Sequence record: SRR31156797_6261
Reading direction: 5' to 3' (one strand)
DNA: 39,640 bases
The notes under the pieces were generated by a model. That model was not told the origin of the DNA, did not search any database, and was given only the letters and a program-made list of their open reading frames with translations. The position numbers were made by a program, and so were the translations under genes. This document shows positions 18,439 through 27,017 of this stretch, one piece after another (positions within the stretch are counted from its first letter, which is position 1; each line of letters opens with the position of its first letter).

Positions 18439-19221
18439 ATGACTTTTAAACAAGGTTTCTCCACAGGAATAAAGAGCTACTCAAAGGCTTTTCGCTTTTT
18501 AAAAAAGCATCGTTTAAGCTGGTATTTCTTATTTCCACTTATACTGAATATTATCCTTTTTGTATTGGGCTATACTTCAACAGTAAGTTTAAGCTCAAGC
18601 TGGTTCAATTATTTATCAGAATGGATGAACATTGAAAGCTGGGATTTTTGGGGTGCCGGTTTTATCAGTGGCTTCATTCAAGTTTTCATGCATTTAATTA
18701 TTCGCGTTTTATTCTTTTTATTATTTGCCTACTTAGGAGGATATATTGTTATTATATTACTATCACCTGTATTTGCCTTTTTATCAGAAAAAATAGAAAG
18801 CATCTTAACCGGAAACGAATATCCTTTTAACTTTAAACAATTTATGAAAGATATCTGGAGAGGTATTCGCTTAGCCATTCGTAATCTTTCCATCGAATTA
18901 TTTTTTACCCTGATTTTATTTATTTTGAGTTTTGTCCCATTGGTCGGATTCTTTACCGGAATCACTTTATTTTTTATTTCAGCTTATTTTTATGGATTCT
19001 CGTTTATCGATTATTCTTTGGAAAGAAAGCAAATGAATATTAAAGAAAGTGTTGCCTATGTAAAAACCAACAAGGGACTTGCCATAGGAAATGGAACTAT
19101 TTTTTCTTTGGTTTTATTAATACCTTTTATTGGCGTATTACTTTCAAGTTTTTTATCAATCATTTCATTAACTGCAGCAACAATAGCCACTACGGAAGCC
19201 ATGATTAATGAAAAGAATTAA
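18439..19221 (+). CDS. EI24/CysZ-like membrane protein
   Basis: Hydrophobic; LSPVFAFLSEKIE and YFYGFSFIDYSLER motifs of the CysZ/EI24 family. Confidence 0.75.
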   Translation: MTFKQGFSTGIKSYSKAFRFLKKHRLSWYFLFPLILNIILFVLGYTSTVSLSSSWFNYLSEWMNIESWDFWGAGFISGFIQVFMHLIIRVLFFLLFAYLGGYIVIILLSPVFAFLSEKIESILTGNEYPFNFKQFMKDIWRGIRLAIRNLSIELFFTLILFILSFVPLVGFFTGITLFFISAYFYGFSFIDYSLERKQMNIKESVAYVKTNKGLAIGNGTIFSLVLLIPFIGVLLSSFLSIISLTAATIATTEAMINEKN

Positions 19222-19255
19222 TTAAATTGCCCAAAACTCATATAATTATAATCGA

Positions 19256-20644
19256 ATGAAAAAACTATTCTATACCCTGGCCATTCTATTTACTGCTTTA
19301 AATTGCTTTGCTCAAGCTGATAGCACAAAAACATTAATTTATAAGTTTGATATAAAACGAGAAATTGGCAGTACTTCGTGGATTCATACCCAAAATGCAT
19401 TTGAAGAAGCGAATGAGTTAGGTGCTGATGTGATATTATTGCACCTTAACACTTATGGAGGTCAAGTAGTATTTGCTGATTCAATCCGAACTAAAATATT
19501 AAATAGTGACATTCCGGTGCATGTATTTATTGATAATAATGCAGCTTCTGCCGGGGCTCTCATTTCTATTGCCTGCGACAGTATTTACATGCGACCAGGA
19601 GCAAACATTGGTGCAGCTACAGTTGTAAATCAATCCGGCGAAAAAATGCCTGATAAATACCAAAGTTATATGCGCTCAACCATTCGTGCCACTGCCGAAT
19701 CACACGGAAAAGACACAATTATATCTGGTAAGGACACCACTTATATTTGGAAAAGAGATCCTCATGTAGCTGAGGCGATGGTAGACGAAAGTATATATAT
19801 CGCAGGTATTATTGACACAGGAAAAATTCTAACTTTCACAACATTAGAGGCGATAGAAAATGGTTTCTGCGAAGGAGAAGCCAATAACATTGAAGAAGTC
19901 ATTCAAAAGCTTGAAATAAAAGAATATAAAATCGTCAGTTACGAGCCAAGTTTTTATAGTGGGCTAAAGGGCTTTTTAACCAATCCGGTTTTCCATGGAA
20001 TTCTAATCTTAGTGATTATTGGAGGATTATATTTTGAATTACAATCACCCGGAGTTGGTTTTCCATTATTAGCTTCAGCAATTGCTGCTGTATTATATTT
20101 TGCCCCGTTGTATATTGATGGTCTTGCCGCCAATTGGGAAATCATCATCTTTATTATTGGAATTATTTTAATCGCACTGGAAATATTTGTTATCCCCGGT
20201 TTTGGCATCGCAGGCGTATCTGGAATCATCCTGGTTTTTACAGGCCTAACTTTAAGTTTGGTGGATAATGTTGTTTTTGATTTTTCAAATGTTCCCACAA
20301 AGGACTTGTTTTTATCTTTAATAATTGTAGCTGCCGGATCCTTTTTGGCTTTTATTGTTGCTATTCCTGTCAGTCAAAAATTATTAACTACCGGACCATT
20401 ATCTAAAGTTGCATTACAAACAACGCAAGACATGGAAGTTGGATATATAGGTGTTGACGCTGCTCCTAAACAACTTGTTGGAACAATCGGAATTGCACAA
20501 ACCACCTTGCGCCCTTCAGGAAAGGTGATAATAGAAGATGAAGTATATGATGCCGTTGCTGAAGTGGGGTTAATTGATAAAGGAGAAAAAGTAAGGGTAA
20601 TAAAATATGCTTCAGGTCAGTTGTATGTGGTGAAAGATCAATAA
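19256..20644 (+). CDS. nfeD: Long NfeD family membrane-bound serine protease (ClpP class)
   Basis: LNTYGG, AASAGALI, IGAATVV, ELQSPGVG, EIFVIPGFG, C-terminal OB fold LRPSGKV. Confidence 0.9.
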   Translation: MKKLFYTLAILFTALNCFAQADSTKTLIYKFDIKREIGSTSWIHTQNAFEEANELGADVILLHLNTYGGQVVFADSIRTKILNSDIPVHVFIDNNAASAGALISIACDSIYMRPGANIGAATVVNQSGEKMPDKYQSYMRSTIRATAESHGKDTIISGKDTTYIWKRDPHVAEAMVDESIYIAGIIDTGKILTFTTLEAIENGFCEGEANNIEEVIQKLEIKEYKIVSYEPSFYSGLKGFLTNPVFHGILILVIIGGLYFELQSPGVGFPLLASAIAAVLYFAPLYIDGLAANWEIIIFIIGIILIALEIFVIPGFGIAGVSGIILVFTGLTLSLVDNVVFDFSNVPTKDLFLSLIIVAAGSFLAFIVAIPVSQKLLTTGPLSKVALQTTQDMEVGYIGVDAAPKQLVGTIGIAQTTLRPSGKVIIEDEVYDAVAEVGLIDKGEKVRVIKYASGQLYVVKDQ

Positions 20645-20796
20645 AATTATAGCACTTAACCAATTAACTAACCAGTTGATAAAAATCATATAAAAAACAC
20701 AACTTTTTTAAGTCATTTCAAGTATTTATTATTAGAAAATAATTAATTTGAACACAGTTTAATTCGTCAAATAATAAAGTATTGGAGGACTTTGTT

Positions 20797-21006
20797 ATGA
20801 AAACAAAAAAAGTTAGAGACAACAAAGCAAACATTTCTTCTTATAAAGACTTGGAAGAGATGAAAGGAAATCGTCCTGAGATGGCTAAAAGGTCAAAATC
20901 AACAAAAATTCAAGAGGAGTTAGCTGACGATTTTGGCGAAGTTCTTGGTGATGGATTCCATGGTTTAGATGATGATTACTATTTTGATGAAGAAGATCTG
21001 TATTAA
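20797..21006 (+). CDS. Small hypothetical protein, basic N-terminus and acidic C-tail (69 aa)
   Basis: ATG 20797 preceded by GGAGG (20784-20788); strongly biased, protein-like composition. Confidence 0.65.
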   Translation: MKTKKVRDNKANISSYKDLEEMKGNRPEMAKRSKSTKIQEELADDFGEVLGDGFHGLDDDYYFDEEDLY

Positions 21007-21324
21007 TCATTCAGAAAAACGTGTTCTTGCTTATCATATAGCTGAAGTGATAAGTAAAATGTATAACCCTATATGCCGTGCGATTTTTTCAATCGGCATC
21101 AAAACTGCTCACTTACAACATTATATAACCCTTAAATATTACATCATAATTTAGGTAAAATATTATTTAATAATTTCTATTAACTTATATTGGTTTTATC
21201 GATAATTTACTATTTTTCAACCCTAATTAAAGGTTACTTTTCAAACACTTAAGATATTTATTAACAAGGCTCTACCCGGTCAAATAAGCAAGGGTAATTA
21301 GTGAAATTTTAGTGACTAAAAATT

Positions 21325-21546
21325 ATGAAATCAAAAAACAGCATTCATAAGAAAAGCAGTAATCGTTCAAATGGAAATGAACTTGATGAAAGACAAGGTT
21401 TAAAACCTGTTAAAGCCAAATCAGGAAAATCGAATAGAAAACTTTCGATTTATGATGATTATGACGAGAATGAATTGGATGATTTTAAATATGAAGATTT
21501 AGATTTTAGTTATGACGATGAATATGAAGAAGAGGATGACTATTAA
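21325..21546 (+). CDS. Small hypothetical protein, basic N-terminus and acidic C-tail (73 aa)
   Basis: A-rich TAAAAATT-ATG start; 18 of the last 30 residues are D/E. Confidence 0.7.
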   Translation: MKSKNSIHKKSSNRSNGNELDERQGLKPVKAKSGKSNRKLSIYDDYDENELDDFKYEDLDFSYDDEYEEEDDY

Positions 21547-21591
21547 GCCTTCCATATAATCCGTTTTATGACATAAACCGCTGGAATAATC

Positions 21592-22170
21592 ATGAATAAT
21601 TCTGAAACTTGCGATTGGTGTGTCGGCTCAAAATTAATGCAGCATTATCACGACACAGAATGGGGCGTGCCTGTACACGACGACCGTAAGTTGTTTGAAT
21701 TTATATTACTTGACAGTTTTCAAGCCGGTTTATCGTGGAGCACTATCCTTAATAAAAGAGAGCATTTCAAATTAGCATTCAATAATTTTGATTGGATAAA
21801 GATTTCGCAATACTCCGATTCTAAGGAATTGGAGTTATTGCAAAATAAAGGGATCATTCGCAACAAACTGAAAATAAAAGCTACCATTAGCAATGCTAAA
21901 GCTTTTATTAAAGTCAGAGAAGAGTTTGGTTCTTTTGATTCCTACATATGGAATTTTGTAAATAATCAGCCCATAGTCAATCAATTTAAAACAAGCGATG
22001 AAATACCAGCTGTTTCTGAGGAAGCAGAATTAATAAGCAAAGACTTAAAGAAAAGAGGGTTTAAATTTGTTGGCCCAACCATTATTTACGCTTTTATGCA
22101 AGCTGCTGGATTGGTCAATGATCATTTAATAAGTTGCAAAAGGCACCAAGAGATTCAGGCGTACTATTAA
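21592..22170 (+). CDS. tag: DNA-3-methyladenine glycosylase I
   Basis: CDW..YHDTEWG, LFEF..QAGLSW, IIRNKLKI, FKFVGPT, GLVNDH..C. Confidence 0.95.
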   Translation: MNNSETCDWCVGSKLMQHYHDTEWGVPVHDDRKLFEFILLDSFQAGLSWSTILNKREHFKLAFNNFDWIKISQYSDSKELELLQNKGIIRNKLKIKATISNAKAFIKVREEFGSFDSYIWNFVNNQPIVNQFKTSDEIPAVSEEAELISKDLKKRGFKFVGPTIIYAFMQAAGLVNDHLISCKRHQEIQAYY

Positions 22171-22171
22171 T

Positions 22172-22786
22172 TTACTTGATCAGAAAGTCCATCATCTTTT
22201 CATTCTCCAAAAACACTTCAAAACGCTCACCAATATTAACCTTTCCCACACCTTCCGGGGTCCCGGTGTAAATTAAATCACCTATTTTTAAGGTGAAAAA
22301 TTGAGAAACATATGAAATGATTTCATCCACCTTGAATATCATATCTCCAGTATATCCATTCTGTCTTTCTTCTCCGTTAACTAATAGTTTAAACTGAAGG
22401 TTCTGAATATCTTTAAATTTATTTTTAGATATAAACTGTTTAGAGATACCCGCAGATTTATCAAATGCTTTTGCTTTTTCCCAAGGTAAACCTTTAGCCT
22501 TTAATTTACTTTGTAAATCTCTGGCCGTAAAATCAATACCCATACCAATCTCTTCGTAATAACGATGGGCAAACTGAGGGGCAATATTTTTACCTAAACG
22601 ATTAATTTTAACTACTAACTCTGTTTCGTAATGAAACTCCTGCGCAAAATCAGGAACAAAAAACGGATCATTATTCCTGAGTAAAGCGGTATCCGGTTTT
22701 AAAAATATAACCGGCTCTGCAGGAACTTGATTCCCCAGTTCCTTCGCATGATTCACATAATTTCTTCCTATGCAAATGATTTTCAT
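22172..22786 (-). CDS. Fumarylacetoacetate hydrolase family protein
   Basis: KIICIGRNY..H, FLKP, HYETEL, DFTARD, PWEKAKAFD, GDLIYTGTPEGVG. Confidence 0.93.
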   Translation of the reverse strand: MKIICIGRNYVNHAKELGNQVPAEPVIFLKPDTALLRNNDPFFVPDFAQEFHYETELVVKINRLGKNIAPQFAHRYYEEIGMGIDFTARDLQSKLKAKGLPWEKAKAFDKSAGISKQFISKNKFKDIQNLQFKLLVNGEERQNGYTGDMIFKVDEIISYVSQFFTLKIGDLIYTGTPEGVGKVNIGERFEVFLENEKMMDFLIK

Positions 22787-22789
22787 TAC

Positions 22790-23557
22790 TTATTTATTAA
22801 AGTTGCGCAACTTAATATTTGTAAAAACCTTTTTTGTATATAAAGGAAAATCACCTTTCATAATCCAGCCATAATAACCAGGGTCATTATCTATCACATC
22901 TTTGACTTTCTTTCCCTTATATTTTCCGAAGTTTATGCACTCATCTCCATCTTCATCATACACTAACCTTCCAGCAAAATCAGCATGTTTGGTATACGAG
23001 GAAAATTCTGCCAAATAGTCTACGTCATTCTTTAAATCTGGGTAACGATCAAGCTGAGCTTTTAAAACCTCATATGTAGCTTTGGTATCCGCCACTGCAC
23101 TATGCGCATCAGTTAAATCTTTATCGCAATAGAATTTATAGGCAGCCTCTAAAGTGCGTTTCTCTTTTTTATGAAATATGGTTTGAACATCGATAAACTT
23201 TCGCTTTTTCATGTCGATATCAACTCCTGCCCTAATAAATTCCTCTGCCAATAATGGAATATCAAATTTGTTTGAGTTATATCCTCCTAAATCACAGCCT
23301 TCAATAAACCTAGCTACTTTTTTTGCTACCTCTTTAAAAGTTGGGCTATCTTTTACATCTTCATCATAAATACCATGAATCTCTGATGTTTTTTTAGGGA
23401 TGTGAACCTCTGGATTTATTAAATAACGTATTGTTTCTTCTGATCCATCCAGATTTACCTTTACCGCTCCTAATTCTACAATTCTATCTGTTGATACATT
23501 TACTCCGGTTGTTTCCAGATCAAGAAAAACAATTGGGTTTTTTAAATTTAATTTCAT
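22790..23557 (-). CDS. DEDDh 3'-5' exonuclease (DNA pol III epsilon-like)
   Basis: FLDLETTG, GYNSNKFD, HSAVADT, C-terminal FGKYKG. Start ATG 23557. Confidence 0.9.
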   Translation of the reverse strand: MKLNLKNPIVFLDLETTGVNVSTDRIVELGAVKVNLDGSEETIRYLINPEVHIPKKTSEIHGIYDEDVKDSPTFKEVAKKVARFIEGCDLGGYNSNKFDIPLLAEEFIRAGVDIDMKKRKFIDVQTIFHKKEKRTLEAAYKFYCDKDLTDAHSAVADTKATYEVLKAQLDRYPDLKNDVDYLAEFSSYTKHADFAGRLVYDEDGDECINFGKYKGKKVKDVIDNDPGYYGWIMKGDFPLYTKKVFTNIKLRNFNK

Positions 23558-23770
23558 GCGTTTAAACTTTATTTTATTGTCGCATGGAACTAGCAAAATT
23601 CAGCTCTTAACTAAAAAACACTAAATATTATTTTGCTTGTTACACTATATAAAATTTCTAAAAAAAGAAACTATCCCTGTAATTAAAAAGGATAGTCCAT
23701 TATATTATCGAACTCTTGTTAAACAAAAAACAAAAAACAAAAATAAGGGATTTGTTACGTAATACAACCT

Positions 23771-25309
23771 TTAATTTTCTGTTGTTTCCTTTTTAATTAC
23801 AAAAACTCTCTTTTCAGGTATATTTGAAAATGACATTTCCGGAATTTCAATCTCAGCATGATGAATTGGATTATCTTCATGATAAAAAGTTAATTTATAT
23901 TCTCCAGGTTGAATAGCCATTACAAACTTTCCTGAATTCGAAGATAATACATATATACCTTTTATCTCGCCACTTATTGAATCCTTAAGTTCAGCTCTTA
24001 CATTAAAAGAAGGTGCAATCATTCCAGAATCAGTATCTAAAACCAATGTCCCTTTTATTAACATATTACCAGACTCCTGTGAATTATATACTACTTTATA
24101 AATATCTCTTTCTCCATAAGAATCCTCTCTAATGGCCGAAACATAGGCATATCGTTCAGAATAAGGAAAAGAAATTGTATAATTATCGTATATATCATTA
24201 ATCGGAAAACCCAAATTAACAGGCTGTCCCCATTCTTTTTTATCATCGTTCCAATCCGAATAGAATAAATCATAGCCTCCCATTGACTGCTTATTATCAC
24301 TACAGAAATAAAGTCGTTGATTATCTTTAGAAAGTACCGGAAAATTCTCTTCCCACTCTGTATTTACCAAACCAGGAATTGGTCTGGCTTTACCGTATTC
24401 TCCGCTCGGTAGTTTTATGGAATAATATATATCGGTATTACCAAGCTCATTTTTGGCTACAAACATTAAAGTATCCTTTCCATTCGATTGATAAACTCCA
24501 TATAAACCTTTTTTACTTTTAAAATCACCCGGAAATTCATCCAGGTAGGTAAATCGATAATTTCCTTCATAATCGGCAAACCCAACCTGTTCTTTCCAAT
24601 CCCTATTATTAAAAACAAATATTCTTTTACCGTCATCTGTTAAACCGGTTAATATTTCATCGTAAGGCGAATTAATTCGGCTACTAATTGTTTTTCCTTT
24701 TAACCATTTATGTTTAACTCTATGTGTTAAGCAAACATTATAATAATTAATCCCAACATCGGACATATACCTCTTATTACTAGAATAAGCTAACATATCT
24801 TCTGCACCATCAATCATCGGATTTAGTTCACTTTTGGAAGTATTTACTTTACTTCCTACATTTATAAACGATACGTCCAGAGGCGACTGCACAAAAGCCT
24901 GTGCATTTAAACTCCAGTTTATATATTGTTCCGCTTCTTTGTAACTATCATCTCCTTGTTTCCTTGATGACTGAATCGATTCAAATACCTCAATCGCTTT
25001 TTTGAAATGGTTGGCATAAAACAACGCCTTACCATAATTAACAATAGTTTTAAATTCTGGCTGCTTTTCCAACAATAAATCAGCATATTTGAGGGCTTGT
25101 GATCTATCTGCATTCGATTGTAAATATGAGTCCGTTAAATTTTCAAGAATTTTAATATTATCCGGATCTTTTCTTAACTCTCGTAAATAGCCTTTAATAG
25201 CCCGATCGAAAGTTTTTATTTTATAGTAATAATCCGCAGACTTTGACTGACTTACTGCGAAAAAGCAGTGCATTACAATAAAAAAGGTTAATATATTTCG
25301 CATATTCAT
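23771..25309 (-). CDS. Exported TPR + PD40 beta-propeller + carboxypeptidase-regulatory-like protein (PorE-like, no OmpA domain)
   Basis: Signal peptide; TPR-like helices; VNTEWEENFP, LYFCSD..SMGGYDLFYS, PVNLGFPINDIYD PD40 motifs. Start 25309 or 25303. Confidence 0.75.
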   Translation of the reverse strand: MNMRNILTFFIVMHCFFAVSQSKSADYYYKIKTFDRAIKGYLRELRKDPDNIKILENLTDSYLQSNADRSQALKYADLLLEKQPEFKTIVNYGKALFYANHFKKAIEVFESIQSSRKQGDDSYKEAEQYINWSLNAQAFVQSPLDVSFINVGSKVNTSKSELNPMIDGAEDMLAYSSNKRYMSDVGINYYNVCLTHRVKHKWLKGKTISSRINSPYDEILTGLTDDGKRIFVFNNRDWKEQVGFADYEGNYRFTYLDEFPGDFKSKKGLYGVYQSNGKDTLMFVAKNELGNTDIYYSIKLPSGEYGKARPIPGLVNTEWEENFPVLSKDNQRLYFCSDNKQSMGGYDLFYSDWNDDKKEWGQPVNLGFPINDIYDNYTISFPYSERYAYVSAIREDSYGERDIYKVVYNSQESGNMLIKGTLVLDTDSGMIAPSFNVRAELKDSISGEIKGIYVLSSNSGKFVMAIQPGEYKLTFYHEDNPIHHAEIEIPEMSFSNIPEKRVFVIKKETTEN

Positions 25310-25412
25310 TTTTTTCAAGTTCCTAAAATAGAACACATTATTTGAACTAAAAAAAAATGATGAACTATTGTGCCTGAATTAATGTTTCTTTTTATAAACA
25401 ATACAAAATCTC

Positions 25413-26120
25413 ATGGAAAGACGTAATTTTTTAAGAACAACGGCAATGGCCGCTATCGCTAGTGTAGTTACTCCAGCGTTAGCCAACTTTTCTACAAAAG
25501 AGAAAGGTGTTTCCAATAGTCATCTATTTATTGACTTGCCTTATTCCTTTGATGCCCTTGAACCTTATATAGATGCTCAAACAATGGAATTGCACTATTC
25601 TAAACACCATAAAGGTTACTACTCAAAATTAATGAAAGAAATTAAGGGCAGTAAATTAGAACAAACATCTATGCCTGAAATATTTAAAAACATTAAATCA
25701 TTTAGTGAAGGAATTAGAAATAATGGTGGTGGATATTATAACCACACCTTATTTTGGAAGAACCTGAGTCCCAATGGAGGTAAACCTTCAGATAAATTAG
25801 AAAAACATATTATAAAAACCTTTGGCTCTTTGAACCAATTTAAAGATGAGTTTTTTAAAGCTGCTAAAACTCAATTTGGAAGTGGCTGGGCATGGCTAGT
25901 AATAGATGATCAAAAACAATTGAAAATTGGCAACACACCTAACCAGGATAACCCATGGATGCCATTTTCTGACATTAAAGGAACTCCACTTATTGCATTT
26001 GATGTTTGGGAACATGCTTATTATTTAAAATATCAAAATAAAAGAGGTGATTATATAAATGCCTTTTGGAATATTTTAAACTGGAACGAAGTAAACAAAA
26101 GATACGCAGAAGTAATTTAA
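25413..26120 (+). CDS. sodA: Fe/Mn superoxide dismutase with twin-arginine signal peptide
   Basis: MERRNFLR Tat motif; LEPYID..MELHYSKHH, NH, FGSGWAWL, NQDNP, DVWEHAYY. Confidence 0.9.
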   Translation: MERRNFLRTTAMAAIASVVTPALANFSTKEKGVSNSHLFIDLPYSFDALEPYIDAQTMELHYSKHHKGYYSKLMKEIKGSKLEQTSMPEIFKNIKSFSEGIRNNGGGYYNHTLFWKNLSPNGGKPSDKLEKHIIKTFGSLNQFKDEFFKAAKTQFGSGWAWLVIDDQKQLKIGNTPNQDNPWMPFSDIKGTPLIAFDVWEHAYYLKYQNKRGDYINAFWNILNWNEVNKRYAEVI

Positions 26121-26134
26121 ACGCAGGATTTTTT

Positions 26135-26162
26135 GAGCTGGTAAAAAACACCAGCTTTTTTT
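26135..26162 (+). terminator. Terminator after sod
   Basis: AGCTGGT / ACCAGCT stem followed by T-run. Confidence 0.7.
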
Positions 26163-26389
26163 ATTATTTTTTGATAAGTCATTGATGACAAATAAGCTAA
26201 AACTCTCCCTTCTTAAAATATATTGTTCATTACACACCTCGTCTCTAATTCTCAACAAATTTATTTGTAACCTTATCACCCCCTTGGCGTATGCTACCCT
26301 TGTTTTAAAATGACAAAATTAACATTTGTTAATATTAAACATCGCATCACATTACTTTAATTATATTTTAACAATTTATTTATTTTACT

Positions 26390-26959
26390 ATGAAAAGAGT
26401 ATTTTTAATCTTAGCAGTAGCCCTAACTACAGTATGTTCAGCCTTTTCTCAGGCTAGCGATTACAAAGCATTTAAAGTTGACGTTGGTTTTCTTTACGCC
26501 ATTCCTGGAGGAGACGGAGTAAAAGCTGGAGCTGGTTTTTATTTAGAACCAAAGTACAATATTACTAATAGCATTGCTTTAGGTTTAAAGTATGAGATTG
26601 CCGCCATGGCTGCTTCTGATGATGCTGGCATGAGCGCAAGTGTTTCTGCAGTTAATACTTTTCAATTAACCGGAGATTACTATTTTAATGAAAACAAAGT
26701 CCGTCCTTTTGCTGGTTTAGGAATAGGTATGTTTAACCTTGGTTCTGTAGAGTATGATGTAATTGATGCAGCTATGGGTAATGTTCCTGATTTGGAACTA
26801 GGAACTAAATTTGGTTTTACTCCTCGTGTTGGACTTTTATTAGGTCACTTTAGAGCTGCACTTGAGTATAACGTAATTACAGGACTTGAAGAAAGTATAG
26901 ACTCAAAAAACTACCTTTCTTTAAAACTTGGTTTTGAAATAGGTGGTGGAAGAAAATAA
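26390..26959 (+). CDS. Small outer-membrane beta-barrel protein
   Basis: Signal peptide, alternating amphipathic strands, RPFAGLGIG, terminal YLSLKLGFEIGGG. Confidence 0.8.
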   Translation: MKRVFLILAVALTTVCSAFSQASDYKAFKVDVGFLYAIPGGDGVKAGAGFYLEPKYNITNSIALGLKYEIAAMAASDDAGMSASVSAVNTFQLTGDYYFNENKVRPFAGLGIGMFNLGSVEYDVIDAAMGNVPDLELGTKFGFTPRVGLLLGHFRAALEYNVITGLEESIDSKNYLSLKLGFEIGGGRK

Positions 26960-26979
26960 TTTTCTACTAAAAATATGTC

Positions 26980-27009
26980 AAAGGGCTGTCTTGTTGAAGG
27001 CAGCCCTTT
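26980..27009. terminator. Bidirectional terminator
   Basis: AAAGGGCTGTCTT / AAGGCAGCCCTTT between convergent genes. Confidence 0.75.
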
Positions 27010-27017
27010 CTATTTTT

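Noticed and set aside
20969-21154. 61-aa ORF between the two acidic microproteins
   Set aside because: Overlaps the first in another frame, and composition looks like translated AT-rich intergenic DNA
26318-26333. Dyad ATTAACA-TT-TGTTAAT upstream of the OMP gene
   Set aside because: Mostly A/T, single copy, plausible by chance in this composition; no regulator assignable
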